Source: an uncultured Flavobacteriales bacterium
GTDB taxonomy: Bacteria > Bacteroidota > Bacteroidia > Flavobacteriales_E > Vicingaceae
DNA length: 64,000 nt
Assembly: GCA_905479995.1 (NCBI GenBank)
Contig: CAJQON010000002.1
Location: 35,263 to 99,262 of the forward strand
Reading direction: 5' to 3'
Position numbers and translations under genes: made by a program. Below the pieces are notes generated by a model that made no database searches, was not told where the DNA came from, and saw only the letters and a program-made list of their open reading frames with translations. Shown here piece by piece: positions 27,536 to 38,474 of the stretch (the stretch's first letter is position 1; each line of letters starts with the position of its first letter).

Positions 27536-29131
27536 TTATTCAACGATTAACTTTTCCTGTATACTTGTTCCATCTTCAAAATAAAGGTTTACAAGGTACA
27601 TTCCTCTGGAACAATTTGAAACATCAACAGCATGTTTTGTTGAGCCATTTGGTTTAATCTTTTTCCCTAGCAAGTTAACAATTTCAATATTGATCAAATT
27701 ACTTTTAGTAGCTATATTAAATAACCCAGTTGTTGGATTGGGAAACAACTGGACTTCTTTAGTTGTTTTAACCTCAGCTATTCCTACAGTATTTGAATTA
27801 TGAAGTCGCATAAACCCGAAATCAGTTATATTATTTCCTGAAAGGTTATTCAAATATCCGCCTATTACAATTTTGTTATTCCTCCCAAACAAACAATTCG
27901 AACCAGCCTCATCATTCGTATTATAATGTGCTAAAAACTGACCATTACTTCCAAAAGGCGTACTAACAAACCCAGCGATATCATACTTTGCGATAGAAAA
28001 ATAATCAGAAAAATATCCTGGGGAAATATTGGATTGAAGTGTTGAATGTCCTGTTAAAAACAGTTGATTATCTACAATCACCATTTCTTTTAACACATCT
28101 CTTTGACCTGAAAAATCGGTAGTAAAAGGTGTTTTAAAAACTCCAAAGGTATCTATTGGTTGAATTAAAAAATCTTGCGGTGCGCCATTATCATAAAGAT
28201 AAATACCCAACAATATTTGATCTTGAAATAAAACGGAACGCACAATTTTATTAGCAAAGGCTGGATGGTTTTGAAACACCTGATAACCACCAAGCGCGAA
28301 TGAAGAAACAAAATTTCCAGTATTATCAATCATCATCATTAAACAATGGATAGATGTTCCACTATCATAAAAACCAGAAAAAAAGTAGTTTCCGTTTTTC
28401 ATTACAATAACATCATCCAAAAAACCTCCTGCTCCATGCTCTGGCATGTCAGGAAAATTGTTTCCTGCATCTTGCAAAACACCAGAAAGATCCCAATATT
28501 TAAATCCTGACGGACTAAACGTGATGTCTGCTAAACCATTAGCTGTTAACCTTCCTATTAAAGGAACATCTTGCACTGTTAAACTATCGTAAGCTGATCC
28601 ACAAACCACTATTTTACCGTCATCTTGAATAGCCATTGAACCAGCAAAATTATAGGTACTTAAAAATACACCCGCAAAAGTTCCTGAATCGGCAAAAGTG
28701 GTATCCAAAAAACCATTTAAATCAATCTTTTGAACATAAATATATTGGGTATCTGCCACTCCATATTTTAACCCAGATCCAAATAATAAAAACCCATCAG
28801 AAAGTGGTGCTATATTGTGAATAAATGACGCATTTGCTTTTGGGTAATCTCCAGTATAAAAACCGTTTACTCCAAAAGTAGAATCTACAACTCCTGAAGA
28901 TTTTAGTTTACCTACCAAAAAATCTGTATTTGTAATAGTTCCAAAAGTGGTTGTATAACCAGCAAACATGATATTATCCAAGCTATCTATCAATAAGTCT
29001 TCACAATGATCTAAATCACCATAATCTAATATAACCTTTCCGCTTCCATTAAAGCTTAAATCAAAATCTCCAGGTGTTTGACTAAACACCTGGAGATTTA
29101 AGATTAGTAATATGATAAGTAATCTATTCAA
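27536..29131 (-). CDS. Secreted beta-propeller-type repeat protein (delta-60-like repeats) with T9SS C-terminal sorting domain
   Basis: Signal peptide. Recurrent D.(S/T)F..(N/S)G motifs (DLSFNGSGK, DSTFGVNGF, DTTFADSGT, DITFSPSGF). CTD is LFPNPTTGLFNI...GMYLVNLYFEDGTSIQEKLIVE. Confidence 0.75.
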   Translation of the reverse strand: MNRLLIILLILNLQVFSQTPGDFDLSFNGSGKVILDYGDLDHCEDLLIDSLDNIMFAGYTTTFGTITNTDFLVGKLKSSGVVDSTFGVNGFYTGDYPKANASFIHNIAPLSDGFLLFGSGLKYGVADTQYIYVQKIDLNGFLDTTFADSGTFAGVFLSTYNFAGSMAIQDDGKIVVCGSAYDSLTVQDVPLIGRLTANGLADITFSPSGFKYWDLSGVLQDAGNNFPDMPEHGAGGFLDDVIVMKNGNYFFSGFYDSGTSIHCLMMMIDNTGNFVSSFALGGYQVFQNHPAFANKIVRSVLFQDQILLGIYLYDNGAPQDFLIQPIDTFGVFKTPFTTDFSGQRDVLKEMVIVDNQLFLTGHSTLQSNISPGYFSDYFSIAKYDIAGFVSTPFGSNGQFLAHYNTNDEAGSNCLFGRNNKIVIGGYLNNLSGNNITDFGFMRLHNSNTVGIAEVKTTKEVQLFPNPTTGLFNIATKSNLINIEIVNLLGKKIKPNGSTKHAVDVSNCSRGMYLVNLYFEDGTSIQEKLIVE

Positions 29132-30373
29132 TTAATTTTTCACAAATCTAACTGTTTCAGCGTTATCGCTATATAACAACGTTGCATTGTAAATACCTAT
29201 TGGTAAGTTACTAATGTCAATGTTTACCATTTGAGTTGTAGCCATAACAACTTGTCCCATTGTATTGGTAATTATTAATTGATTTGGTAATTCACCATTA
29301 AATGAAAAGCTAATTGCATTATTTGCTGGGTTAGGGTAAAGCACTGACTTCTGTTCTAGGTTAGTCACCTCATTAACTCCTACAGTTGGAGCACCACATG
29401 TTAAGCCCCCAGGCATGTTATTATTGGTACTAGTATTGTCAACTTCCCCATAGTATTCCGAAGCAAACAAATATGGAAATTCTGGATCTCCATTTGCATC
29501 TGTAGCAAGAAAATAAGCATAAGTGCCACTTGGATATTCCGGTGTATGACAAAAACGACCATTGTACTCATCTAAATCTCCATTTGATCCTGTATGTTCA
29601 TAATCTTCAATATAAGTTCCTAATGCTGCTACTGCTAGTGTTGGTCCAGCTGGAGAAGTTGAATTTCTATTCGCGATAGCTCTAAGTGTATAACCAGAAC
29701 GTATTCTTTTAATTGGACTTGATGAATTGGTTGGGTTGGTATATCCAAAAGGGCCATAAACCGGAAAACCATCGTAAGCAAAACCAATAATTGGTGAATG
29801 AGTAGTCGTTGCATTTTCATCATATAACGCAATTGGGTTTGCATGATAATGGTAGTTACTCATACCATCGGCATGACCATTTCCATTAACATCCATTGTT
29901 AAACCTTCGCTTACCCATGCATCAGAATACCACTTACCATCTCCATTTGGTTCATTTGTTCCTGTTGATGATTTATAAGATTTAGCATCTCCATATCCAT
30001 AAAATACAACTCCATTTACAGCTACACCAATAGACCCCATTAATGGAACTGAAGTTTTAGTTCCCAACTCTTCTGTAGGATTTCTTGTTAATTTAAAGGT
30101 ATAAGATTTTGCTGCAGGTACATTAGGATTGCTCCAAGGTCCCATCACATAAGTCCCAGCTATACCTGTTGCCTGTACATAAACATCTGTTGTATTGTAA
30201 CAAACTTTTTGTACATCACCAGAATCAGTCATATTAACTGTTCCCCCAGGAGGAGGCATTGAATAGGAGTAACTAGCTAATCCCGTAGACATAATCCATG
30301 AGGTCAATTCAGCTTGTGCATTAATCATTGTAGTTAATGCCATAGCACTAATAATAAGTAAGGTTCTTTTCAT
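29132..30373 (-). CDS. YHYH-domain protein with T9SS C-terminal sorting domain
   Basis: GHADGMSNYHYHANP motif. CTD is LYPNPANNAISFSF...IGIYNATLLYSDNAETVRFVKN. Abuts the downstream gene with no spacer. Confidence 0.8.
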   Translation of the reverse strand: MKRTLLIISAMALTTMINAQAELTSWIMSTGLASYSYSMPPPGGTVNMTDSGDVQKVCYNTTDVYVQATGIAGTYVMGPWSNPNVPAAKSYTFKLTRNPTEELGTKTSVPLMGSIGVAVNGVVFYGYGDAKSYKSSTGTNEPNGDGKWYSDAWVSEGLTMDVNGNGHADGMSNYHYHANPIALYDENATTTHSPIIGFAYDGFPVYGPFGYTNPTNSSSPIKRIRSGYTLRAIANRNSTSPAGPTLAVAALGTYIEDYEHTGSNGDLDEYNGRFCHTPEYPSGTYAYFLATDANGDPEFPYLFASEYYGEVDNTSTNNNMPGGLTCGAPTVGVNEVTNLEQKSVLYPNPANNAISFSFNGELPNQLIITNTMGQVVMATTQMVNIDISNLPIGIYNATLLYSDNAETVRFVKN

Positions 30374-30441
30374 GATAGTAAGTGTTATTAGTTTTGTTTT
30401 GAAGTTTAGACCTCTACAATAAACAAAGGTTTAATTTCAAT

Positions 30442-31428
30442 CTAAATTTCTTTTATTATTGCATCAACAGAAATATCTTCCATGCATTTAAAATGCTTTT
30501 TAGGACATTTATCAAAACCTATTTTTGAGCAAGGCCTGCAGTTAATATCCGTATTTTCTAATATAGAAAAAGTAGAAGTATTGTTAACGAAATAAGGATA
30601 CATCCCAAAATCTGGAGAGGTATTTCCCCAAACAGAAATGGTTTTAACATCCAAGGCTGCAGCAATGTGCATTAATCCTGTATCATGCGTAATTAACACA
30701 TTGGCTTGTTGAACCAAAGAAGCTGATTGATTTAAATTAAATTTTCCACAAGCTACAAATATAGGTTCCCCAACACTTTTTTCTATCACTTTAGCTTTTT
30801 CAATATCCTCTGGACCCCCCAACAAAATAATGGGCTGGTTTAATTTTTTACAGATTTCAATAATTTTATGCTCAGGCAAACACTTAGTAGCATGCTGCGC
30901 TCCAATTGCAAATCCTACAAAACCATTCTGATGACTATCTGGTAATTCTGAAAGTTTTACAAGGTCTTTCGAAGGAATAAAATAATCCAATCCTTTTTGA
31001 TCGTTTTCTATTCCCAAAGTTTTTGCTGTAGCAATGTATCTATCAACAATATGTATTTTTGGTAGCTTGTTGATTTTAAATCGAGTTAACAACCATTTCT
31101 TGTAATTAAGTTTATCAAAACTAAACGTTAAACATTTTAGCTGCTTAATAATTCTTCTCGACCTTAAGTTTTTATGTAAGTCAATTACATAATCATAAGA
31201 CTCATCCTTCAATTCCTTAATTACTTCATTGGTACTTTTTTCAATGGTATAAACCCGATTAATATGGGGATTATTCTCCAACATAAAACCATAAGCCTTC
31301 TTTGTAATATAGTCAATCTGAACTTCTCCTTCGAGCTGATTTTTTAAACAACGAACAACTGGAGTAGTTAAAACAATATCGCCTATTGAACTAAACCGGA
31401 TAACCAATATTTTAACCTTATGATCCAT
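30442..31428 (-). CDS. Glycosyltransferase family 9 (heptosyltransferase-like)
   Basis: MDHKVKILVIRFSSIGDIVLTTPVVRCLK and THDTGLMHIAAAL. Start taken at ATG 31428. Confidence 0.85.
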   Translation of the reverse strand: MDHKVKILVIRFSSIGDIVLTTPVVRCLKNQLEGEVQIDYITKKAYGFMLENNPHINRVYTIEKSTNEVIKELKDESYDYVIDLHKNLRSRRIIKQLKCLTFSFDKLNYKKWLLTRFKINKLPKIHIVDRYIATAKTLGIENDQKGLDYFIPSKDLVKLSELPDSHQNGFVGFAIGAQHATKCLPEHKIIEICKKLNQPIILLGGPEDIEKAKVIEKSVGEPIFVACGKFNLNQSASLVQQANVLITHDTGLMHIAAALDVKTISVWGNTSPDFGMYPYFVNNTSTFSILENTDINCRPCSKIGFDKCPKKHFKCMEDISVDAIIKEI

Positions 31429-31513
31429 TGAGACACAAATATAACTATCCAAACTCACAGCAAGACTAAAAAACCCATAGAAATTCTTACATTTACTGCT
31501 TTAAATTTTTTAA

Positions 31514-32497
31514 ATGAAAGAGCTAATAGAAAATTTCACCCTTCATCTATCTGAGGCATTAACAATCGGAGATAATAATAGCCTAACACCTGCTAAGAAG
31601 AGCATTAACAACGTATTGATATGTGGTTTAGGAGGTTCTGGAATTGGAGCCACTGTTGTATCACAAATTGTAAATACAACTACCAACTACCCCATTTCCA
31701 TTAACAAAGATTACAACATCCCTTCTTTTGTAAGTGAAAATACATTAGTAATTGTTTGTTCATACTCTGGAAACACAGAGGAAAGCTTAGAAATGATTGC
31801 TGAAGCACAAGAAAAAAATGCAGAAATAGCCTGTATAACTTCTGGAGGAAAATTATTAGAAATTTCAAAACAAAACAACTACAATCACATTGTTATTCCA
31901 GGAGGTCATCCTCCAAGAGCAGCATTTGGATTGGCTTTTCCAACACTTTTTACATTATTAAATCATTACAATGTAATTTCAAAAGATTTTTCCCAAGAGT
32001 TTAATGCTACAATTAAATTAATAAATGCCGAAGAAAACAATATTATAACTGAAGCAAAAAACATAGCCGATAGTTTATTTGGTAAAATACCAGTTATATA
32101 CTCTACAGCCAATTATGAAGGTGTAGCCATTAGATTTAGACAACAAATAAACGAAAACAGTAAAATGCTTTGCTGGCACAATGTGATACCAGAAATGAAT
32201 CACAATGAACTAGTTGGATGGACCAAAGCCAATGAAGATTTAGCGGTAATTATATTGAGAAACAATGATGATTATTACCGAAATGAAAAACGAATTGAGG
32301 TAAATAAAACAGTATTTAAAAAATATACGTCAACCGTTCTTGAAATTGCGTCAAAAGGAAACTCAAGACTAGAAAATTCACTTTATCTAATTCATTTAAC
32401 AGATTGGATATCGTTTATTTTAGCCGAAAAAAATGGCGTTGACGTAGTTGAAGTTGATGTAATTACTGCTCTTAAAAACGAGTTAGCTAAAATCTAA
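31514..32497 (+). CDS. SIS-domain bifunctional phosphoglucose/phosphomannose isomerase-like protein
   Basis: ICGLGGSGIGA, VCSYSGNTEE, C-terminal NHNELVGW region. Confidence 0.75.
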   Translation: MKELIENFTLHLSEALTIGDNNSLTPAKKSINNVLICGLGGSGIGATVVSQIVNTTTNYPISINKDYNIPSFVSENTLVIVCSYSGNTEESLEMIAEAQEKNAEIACITSGGKLLEISKQNNYNHIVIPGGHPPRAAFGLAFPTLFTLLNHYNVISKDFSQEFNATIKLINAEENNIITEAKNIADSLFGKIPVIYSTANYEGVAIRFRQQINENSKMLCWHNVIPEMNHNELVGWTKANEDLAVIILRNNDDYYRNEKRIEVNKTVFKKYTSTVLEIASKGNSRLENSLYLIHLTDWISFILAEKNGVDVVEVDVITALKNELAKI

Positions 32498-32531
32498 TGG
32501 CGATTCGCCACTGAATTTTTTTTTGATTTTG

Positions 32532-33230
32532 ATGAATAAAGTCCACTTTCAAGATTTAGGTTTAATTGACTACAAAGAAGCTTGGGATTTTCAAGAAAAG
32601 CTTTTTAAATTTAATGTTGACGCCAAAATTTCTAATCGAAAAGAGGAAAAAGAGTTAATACCAACTAAAAGTCATTTACTTTTTTGCGAACATCCTCACG
32701 TATATACATTGGGTAAAAGTGGTGATGAAAGCCATTTACTTTTATCAGAAGGGTTATTAAAACAAAAAGGGGCTACTTACTACAAAATTAATAGAGGTGG
32801 CGACATTACTTACCATGGGCCTGGACAAATTGTAGGTTACCCCATTTTAGATTTAGAGTTTTTTTTTACCGACATCCATAAATACCTCCGTTTTTTAGAA
32901 GAAATGGTTATTCTAACCCTAGCCGAATATGGTATAAAAGGTGAACGATCTGATGGCTTTACTGGAGTGTGGATTGATACAGACAATCCTTTAAAAGCTC
33001 GAAAAATTTGTGCCTTGGGTGTTCGATGTAGTAGATGGGTAACCATGCACGGTTTTGCCTTTAACATTAATACCGATTTAGACTACTTCAACAATATTGT
33101 GCCTTGTGGCATTTCCGACAAACAAGTTACCTCCTTGGAAAAGGAACTAAATAAAAAAATTGACGTAAACGAAGTGAAACAAAAACTCAAAAAACACTTT
33201 GTTCGGCTATTTGAAGCCGAATTGGTTTAG
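32532..33230 (+). CDS. lipB: Lipoyl(octanoyl) transferase
   Basis: HPHVYTLG, RGGDITYHGPGQIVGYPI, KICALGVRCSRWVTMHGFAFN. Confidence 0.92.
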   Translation: MNKVHFQDLGLIDYKEAWDFQEKLFKFNVDAKISNRKEEKELIPTKSHLLFCEHPHVYTLGKSGDESHLLLSEGLLKQKGATYYKINRGGDITYHGPGQIVGYPILDLEFFFTDIHKYLRFLEEMVILTLAEYGIKGERSDGFTGVWIDTDNPLKARKICALGVRCSRWVTMHGFAFNINTDLDYFNNIVPCGISDKQVTSLEKELNKKIDVNEVKQKLKKHFVRLFEAELV

Positions 33231-33243
33231 TCCAATTTATTCT

Positions 33244-34389
33244 ATGAAATTTATTAAACGGTTTTTTCTTTACTTCGCCCTCCTCCTCGTTATTGCTTCT
33301 TTGCTGGCGGTTGCAACTGGACATTCTCATTTATTTAAAGCCGTAGCTTCAACCTACCTAATTGGTAATACTGGCCCAACCATTGATGACCACAGACACT
33401 TTAACAATAGAGAAATAGAAACGAGCGAGCACGAAGAATGGAAGTTAGCAGGGAAATATGGCCAGTACAGCAACGACTCACTTCATACAGAAATAGAAAA
33501 ATACAATCCTGCAGCGCTCACCGTTATAAAAAACAACGAATTAATTTACGAAGAATATTGGGATGATTACAATGAAAATTCTCAAACCAACTCCTTTTCT
33601 ATGGCAAAAAGTTATACCAGTCTGCTCATCGGAATTGCCATTCAAGAAGGACACATTAACAGTGTTGATGATCCTGCTGCAAATTACCTCGACCAATACA
33701 AAGACAATCCTGAATTGACTATTAAAGATTTACTTACCATGAGCTCAGGCATTAACTTTGACGAAAGTTATAACAGCCCATTCGGACACATGGCCAAAGC
33801 ATATTATGGCACCGATTTAAAAACACTCAACCAAGAATACCAAGTAACCTCAACTCCCGGAAAAGAGTGGATTTACTTAGGAGGAAACACCATTATTTTA
33901 AGCTTTATATTGGAAAAAGCAACAGGAAAAAGTACTGCTGACTACTTCAGTGAAAAAATATGGAAAAAAATTGGTGCCAAAAATCCAGCACTATGGACTT
34001 TAGATAAAAAAGGTGGAAATGAAAAAGCTTATTGCTGTTTTTATTCCAACGCTCGTGATTATGCTAGAATTGGACAATTACTCTTAAACAAAGGACTGTG
34101 GAACAATGAACGAGTAATTCCTGAATCTTACATAGCTGCAGCCACAACACCAGCATTTCACCTAAAAAAAGATGGCCTTCCAGTAGATTTTTATGGCTAC
34201 CAAATTTGGACAGATTATTACAAAAACCTAGACATCTATTATTTTAGAGGAATTTTAGGTCAATACACCATTATGATACCAGAAAAAAACTTAGTAATTG
34301 TTCGTTTAGGACATGAACGACCAAGCACTTTTATTAATGGTAATCCAAGTGATTTTTACACTTACATCGACTTTGCTTTAGACATGTAG
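33244..34389 (+). CDS. Serine hydrolase, beta-lactamase (class C/PBP4*-like) family
   Basis: N-terminal TM anchor and SxxK motif FSMAKSYT. About 380 aa. Confidence 0.8.
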   Translation: MKFIKRFFLYFALLLVIASLLAVATGHSHLFKAVASTYLIGNTGPTIDDHRHFNNREIETSEHEEWKLAGKYGQYSNDSLHTEIEKYNPAALTVIKNNELIYEEYWDDYNENSQTNSFSMAKSYTSLLIGIAIQEGHINSVDDPAANYLDQYKDNPELTIKDLLTMSSGINFDESYNSPFGHMAKAYYGTDLKTLNQEYQVTSTPGKEWIYLGGNTIILSFILEKATGKSTADYFSEKIWKKIGAKNPALWTLDKKGGNEKAYCCFYSNARDYARIGQLLLNKGLWNNERVIPESYIAAATTPAFHLKKDGLPVDFYGYQIWTDYYKNLDIYYFRGILGQYTIMIPEKNLVIVRLGHERPSTFINGNPSDFYTYIDFALDM

Positions 34390-34440
34390 TTCTCGTTAAT
34401 TTGCTTTAATTTTAATTAATTTCGTCAAATAATTCATGTC

Positions 34441-36369
34441 ATGAGGAGCATTCCTAACTACATAAAACTGTTGGCTAAAATTGGAGTTTCCTCTCTAATT
34501 CTAATGTCCTTATTAAGAATTGTTTTATTTTTCTTAATTCGAAATCAAGAAACGGCAGATACTGTACACCTGACTTCAGATATCATGAATTCCTTTTTAT
34601 ATGGTTTTCGATTTGATTTAGTCATTACGGCCTATGCTCTTTTTGTTCCTACCTTTATTTTAGGAATCGCCTCTTTTCTACCAAAAAAAATGAAACAAAT
34701 ACACCACCTTATTTTTGGATACATAGCGTTGTTTTATGCCTCCATACTTTTTATACAATGTGCCGACATGCCTTACTACATGCAATTTGGTTCTCGGCTA
34801 AATACGGGCGCTTTACTTTGGACAGACAATACCGATTACATGTTTAAAATGATTCTTGGCGAATGGTCTTTTTACCTTTATTTCATCTTATTCATACTAC
34901 TCATTATCGGAGTAATCATTCTTTTTAACCGCTTTTTCAAACAATTTAACACAACCACCAACCAACAAAAATGGTACGCAAAAATTGCTTGGTTTTTACT
35001 ATTTGGATTAAGCCTTGCGCTTTCTGCCAGAGGAAGAGTCACCATTAAATCACCAATACGAGTAGGTACTGCTTATTTTTCAAATGACCAAACACTTAAT
35101 AAATTGGCGCTAAACCCTGTTTTTACTTTTGGTCATTCTTACTTAGCAGACAAAAAAAGTGGTGGCAAAATAAAACTCATGGACAATGCTAAAGCACTGC
35201 AATTAAGTCAAGCTTATTTAGCACAACTCACTACCGATTCTTCCATCATTAAACTAAACAACAAGTGGCACGCTCAACTAACATCAAACAAAAGAAATAA
35301 AAATGTAGTACTTGTTTTAATGGAAAGCATGGGTTCTTATAAACTTGGGAAATACAATGGTCCTAAAAACATTACTCCAACATTGCACCAACTCATCCCA
35401 AAATCCATTTATTTTAACAACATTTATTCTGCTGGAATCCACACTTTTAATGGCATTTACTCCACCCTATTTTCATATCCTGCCATTTACAAACAACAAC
35501 CTTTAACCAAACACATTAACAAAAAACACAATGGAATAGCTTCTATTTTAAAACAAAACAGTTATTCTACTTCTTACTTTACCACCCACGATCCACAGTT
35601 TGATAATGTAGCAGGTTTTTTAATGGCCAATGATATTGAGAACATTTATTCCGATTATCCGATAGGAAAAGAACTAAGTAGCAACGGAGTTCCAGATCAT
35701 TTGATGTTCGAAACTGCCCTCCCAATTTTAGATGCAAAAAGTAATTCTTCCAAAAATCCATTTTTTGCTATTTTTATGACCGCTAGTGATCACAAGCCAT
35801 TTATTGTTCCAGAAAACATTGATTTTAAACCCAAATCAACAGAACTTGAAAACCAAATTACTGAATATGCAGATTGGTCTATTGGCCAATTTTTAGCCAA
35901 CGCATCAAAAAAAGAATGGTACAACAATACTATATTTGTTTTTGTTGCCGATCACGGTTTATACAAAGGACATACTTACAACATGCCTTTATCTTTTCAT
36001 GCTTCACCACTAATTATTTACACGCCAAATGTGGCAATTACAGACACCCTAAATTGTCTTGGTGGACAAATTGATGTTGCACCTACTTTATTAGGGATGC
36101 TAAACATTAAACATCAAAATAATACCATGGGAATTGATTTATTAAAACAACACCGTCCTTTTATGTATTTTTCTGCAGACGATAAATTGGGTTGTTTGGA
36201 TGATACGCATTACTTAATTCTTCAAAATGAAAACCCAGAGCAACTCTACGAATATGCTAACTTAGACCAAACAAATAGAATTAATGAATTTCCAGCTAAA
36301 GTAAACAGCATGAAACAATATGCTTTTTCCATGTTGCAAGCTACCCAAGTTTTTCAAAGCAACAAATAA
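34441..36369 (+). CDS. LTA synthase-family sulfatase/phosphoglycerol transferase (5 TM plus extracytoplasmic sulfatase domain)
   Basis: N-terminal polytopic region, then VVLVLMESMGS...TFNG...DHG motifs typical of the alkaline-phosphatase superfamily. Confidence 0.8.
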   Translation: MRSIPNYIKLLAKIGVSSLILMSLLRIVLFFLIRNQETADTVHLTSDIMNSFLYGFRFDLVITAYALFVPTFILGIASFLPKKMKQIHHLIFGYIALFYASILFIQCADMPYYMQFGSRLNTGALLWTDNTDYMFKMILGEWSFYLYFILFILLIIGVIILFNRFFKQFNTTTNQQKWYAKIAWFLLFGLSLALSARGRVTIKSPIRVGTAYFSNDQTLNKLALNPVFTFGHSYLADKKSGGKIKLMDNAKALQLSQAYLAQLTTDSSIIKLNNKWHAQLTSNKRNKNVVLVLMESMGSYKLGKYNGPKNITPTLHQLIPKSIYFNNIYSAGIHTFNGIYSTLFSYPAIYKQQPLTKHINKKHNGIASILKQNSYSTSYFTTHDPQFDNVAGFLMANDIENIYSDYPIGKELSSNGVPDHLMFETALPILDAKSNSSKNPFFAIFMTASDHKPFIVPENIDFKPKSTELENQITEYADWSIGQFLANASKKEWYNNTIFVFVADHGLYKGHTYNMPLSFHASPLIIYTPNVAITDTLNCLGGQIDVAPTLLGMLNIKHQNNTMGIDLLKQHRPFMYFSADDKLGCLDDTHYLILQNENPEQLYEYANLDQTNRINEFPAKVNSMKQYAFSMLQATQVFQSNK

Positions 36370-36374
36370 GAGGC

Positions 36375-38474
36375 CTAGAACTTAAACCTCAGCTGCATTT
36401 TTACTTCAGATTTTGTACTGCCCTGTATCTCTTCTAGTCCTGCACTAATCGTTTTTACATTGTCATAAAACGTTGCACCATAACGCAACCACAAATCAAT
36501 TCCTTTGTGAATTTTATACTTAACCGTTAAGTAAGTTCTCACTCCTCTATTATAATATGCCGGAATTGAAAATGCATACAACACGTCATTTTCGTATGCG
36601 TAAATTCTACTGTTATACGATTTTGTATCAAAAATTCCATAACGAAATGAAAAAGAAATCGGACTACTCAACGCTTTGTATTTAACATCCTGATAAACTA
36701 GATACCCTGTTTCAAAAGGAGATTCTTCCTTGTCAAAATTTATTAACTCTACCCTTCCTTTTAAAGTAAAAGAAGGAGATATTTTGTGTACATAATGAAA
36801 TCGATAGTTAGTTTGTTTTTCATTAACCAAATAGGCAATTCCCTCCCCCAACTCTGCTGCAGTATTTTCACCTTTATTTCGTTCTCTAATCCTAACATAC
36901 AATTCTAATTTTTTAGAAGGCTTATACGTAATTTGAGCTAAGTATTGATATCCTTTTGAAGGTGCATTCACTTGGTATTTTAACCATGGAAAAGTAAATT
37001 GATCATAGTAAGCTGACATGGTTATTTTTTTTATAGGATGAGCAACAAAACCCATATACATTCCTTTTTCATTTTCATTAGTAGAGCCTTCTCCGATTCC
37101 AGCACTGGCAATTGGTTGGAAATTACGTGCATAATCTCGATACAAAATGGCCAAGTAAATTCTAGGATCAAGTACAATTAATGCTCCTGAAACAAATGCC
37201 CTTCCTGCGGCTATGCTTTGCGCATATTCACCAAATAAGTTGAAGTTTTTGTAAATCCAATTGTAATCTAACCCAACATTTGTTTGTTGGTTATCATTAT
37301 TTCTAAATTGACTATACGAATAAAGAGTAGGTGTAAATGTTGCATTTAAATTACTATGAATTCCTGTAACACCAAGATTTAATCTTCTGGTTTTAAATGC
37401 CAAGTGCCCACCTATTTGCTCCTGAACAATTGCGTCTTTATCTTCCAATTCATTTACCGTTCTATGAAAACCAGTTTGCTGCAAAGACGTAATCGCCAAC
37501 ACTTCATTATCGACATTAGTAGAATCTGCCAAACTTATATTTCCATCCATTTGATGGTAAGAATAAAATGTAGTGACCTCAATTTTATTGAACTGAAACG
37601 CAATTCCTCCACCTCTCAAAAACCGACTTTCATCTGCCGAGGTATAAGGCTTTAGTCCAACAGCACTTCTTTTAATGAGTAAAATATCTGCCGACTTCCC
37701 AAAAGCAGCTCCCGTCCAGTAGGTTAAGCCTTGTCCAAATTGCACCTGATAATCGCCCAAAGCCAATTGCGATACTTTCCCTTGATTTCTAAGAAAAAAA
37801 TGACCTGAATAATAATCAAATCCTCGCGATTGAGTACCAGTAAAAAATTCCTCACCAGCATCTTTTTCGGCCGTAAAACCAACACTTAAATGATTGCCAT
37901 ATTTAAACCTATAACGTGCATATAACTTCTCAGGACCGCCCAAATACCTCGAGTTTGGACTTTTAAAAAGAGCAGAATCTGAAGCATTACTAAATCCTTT
38001 TTTTTCTTCTAACACTTGTTGGTAGCGAAAAAAAATGGTATTCTCTCCATTTTTAAGTAAGGTTTTTAAGTTCAATTGGGGACTATCTACATTAGCCGAA
38101 ACTTTTACAAAAGGTTCTACCAAGTTGATTAACTCAAGATCAAACAAGGCTATTGTTTGCAACTCAACCAAAGTCATTAATTTCCCATTTTTCTCTATAT
38201 GCGTTAATAAATTATTAACCTGAAAACCATTGAACAAACCCAAGGCTTCGAGCTCACTTAAGCTGGCTCTATTTAAATTTAATGGGTGATCATAGTAAAA
38301 AGAAAGCTGATCGAAAATGGCTGTATAATCTGCGTCAGAATCCTCTGCATCTTCAATTAAATATTCTATTCGCTTTTCAATAATGGCATTTTTAATCTCT
38401 TCTTTTTTAGTTATTTCTTGTGAAAAGAACTGACACGGAAGCAAAACGACTATGAAGCTAAGGTATTTCATCAA
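36375..38474 (-). CDS. Outer-membrane protein with N-terminal ComEA-like helix-hairpin-helix module and large beta-barrel-like body
   Basis: Signal peptide. LNLNRASLSELEALGLFNGFQVNNLLTHIEKNGKLMTLVELQTIALFDLELINLVEPFV follows the ComEA HhH pattern. The rest has alternating aromatic-rich strands and ends ...QLRFKF. Confidence 0.65.
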   Translation of the reverse strand: MMKYLSFIVVLLPCQFFSQEITKKEEIKNAIIEKRIEYLIEDAEDSDADYTAIFDQLSFYYDHPLNLNRASLSELEALGLFNGFQVNNLLTHIEKNGKLMTLVELQTIALFDLELINLVEPFVKVSANVDSPQLNLKTLLKNGENTIFFRYQQVLEEKKGFSNASDSALFKSPNSRYLGGPEKLYARYRFKYGNHLSVGFTAEKDAGEEFFTGTQSRGFDYYSGHFFLRNQGKVSQLALGDYQVQFGQGLTYWTGAAFGKSADILLIKRSAVGLKPYTSADESRFLRGGGIAFQFNKIEVTTFYSYHQMDGNISLADSTNVDNEVLAITSLQQTGFHRTVNELEDKDAIVQEQIGGHLAFKTRRLNLGVTGIHSNLNATFTPTLYSYSQFRNNDNQQTNVGLDYNWIYKNFNLFGEYAQSIAAGRAFVSGALIVLDPRIYLAILYRDYARNFQPIASAGIGEGSTNENEKGMYMGFVAHPIKKITMSAYYDQFTFPWLKYQVNAPSKGYQYLAQITYKPSKKLELYVRIRERNKGENTAAELGEGIAYLVNEKQTNYRFHYVHKISPSFTLKGRVELINFDKEESPFETGYLVYQDVKYKALSSPISFSFRYGIFDTKSYNSRIYAYENDVLYAFSIPAYYNRGVRTYLTVKYKIHKGIDLWLRYGATFYDNVKTISAGLEEIQGSTKSEVKMQLRFKF

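Noticed and set aside
27536-30373. Back-to-back T9SS cargo genes (YHYH protein and delta-60-like repeat protein) as a possible novel system
   Set aside because: Adjacent secreted T9SS proteins are common in this phylum. Beyond zero spacing, I see nothing linking their functions.
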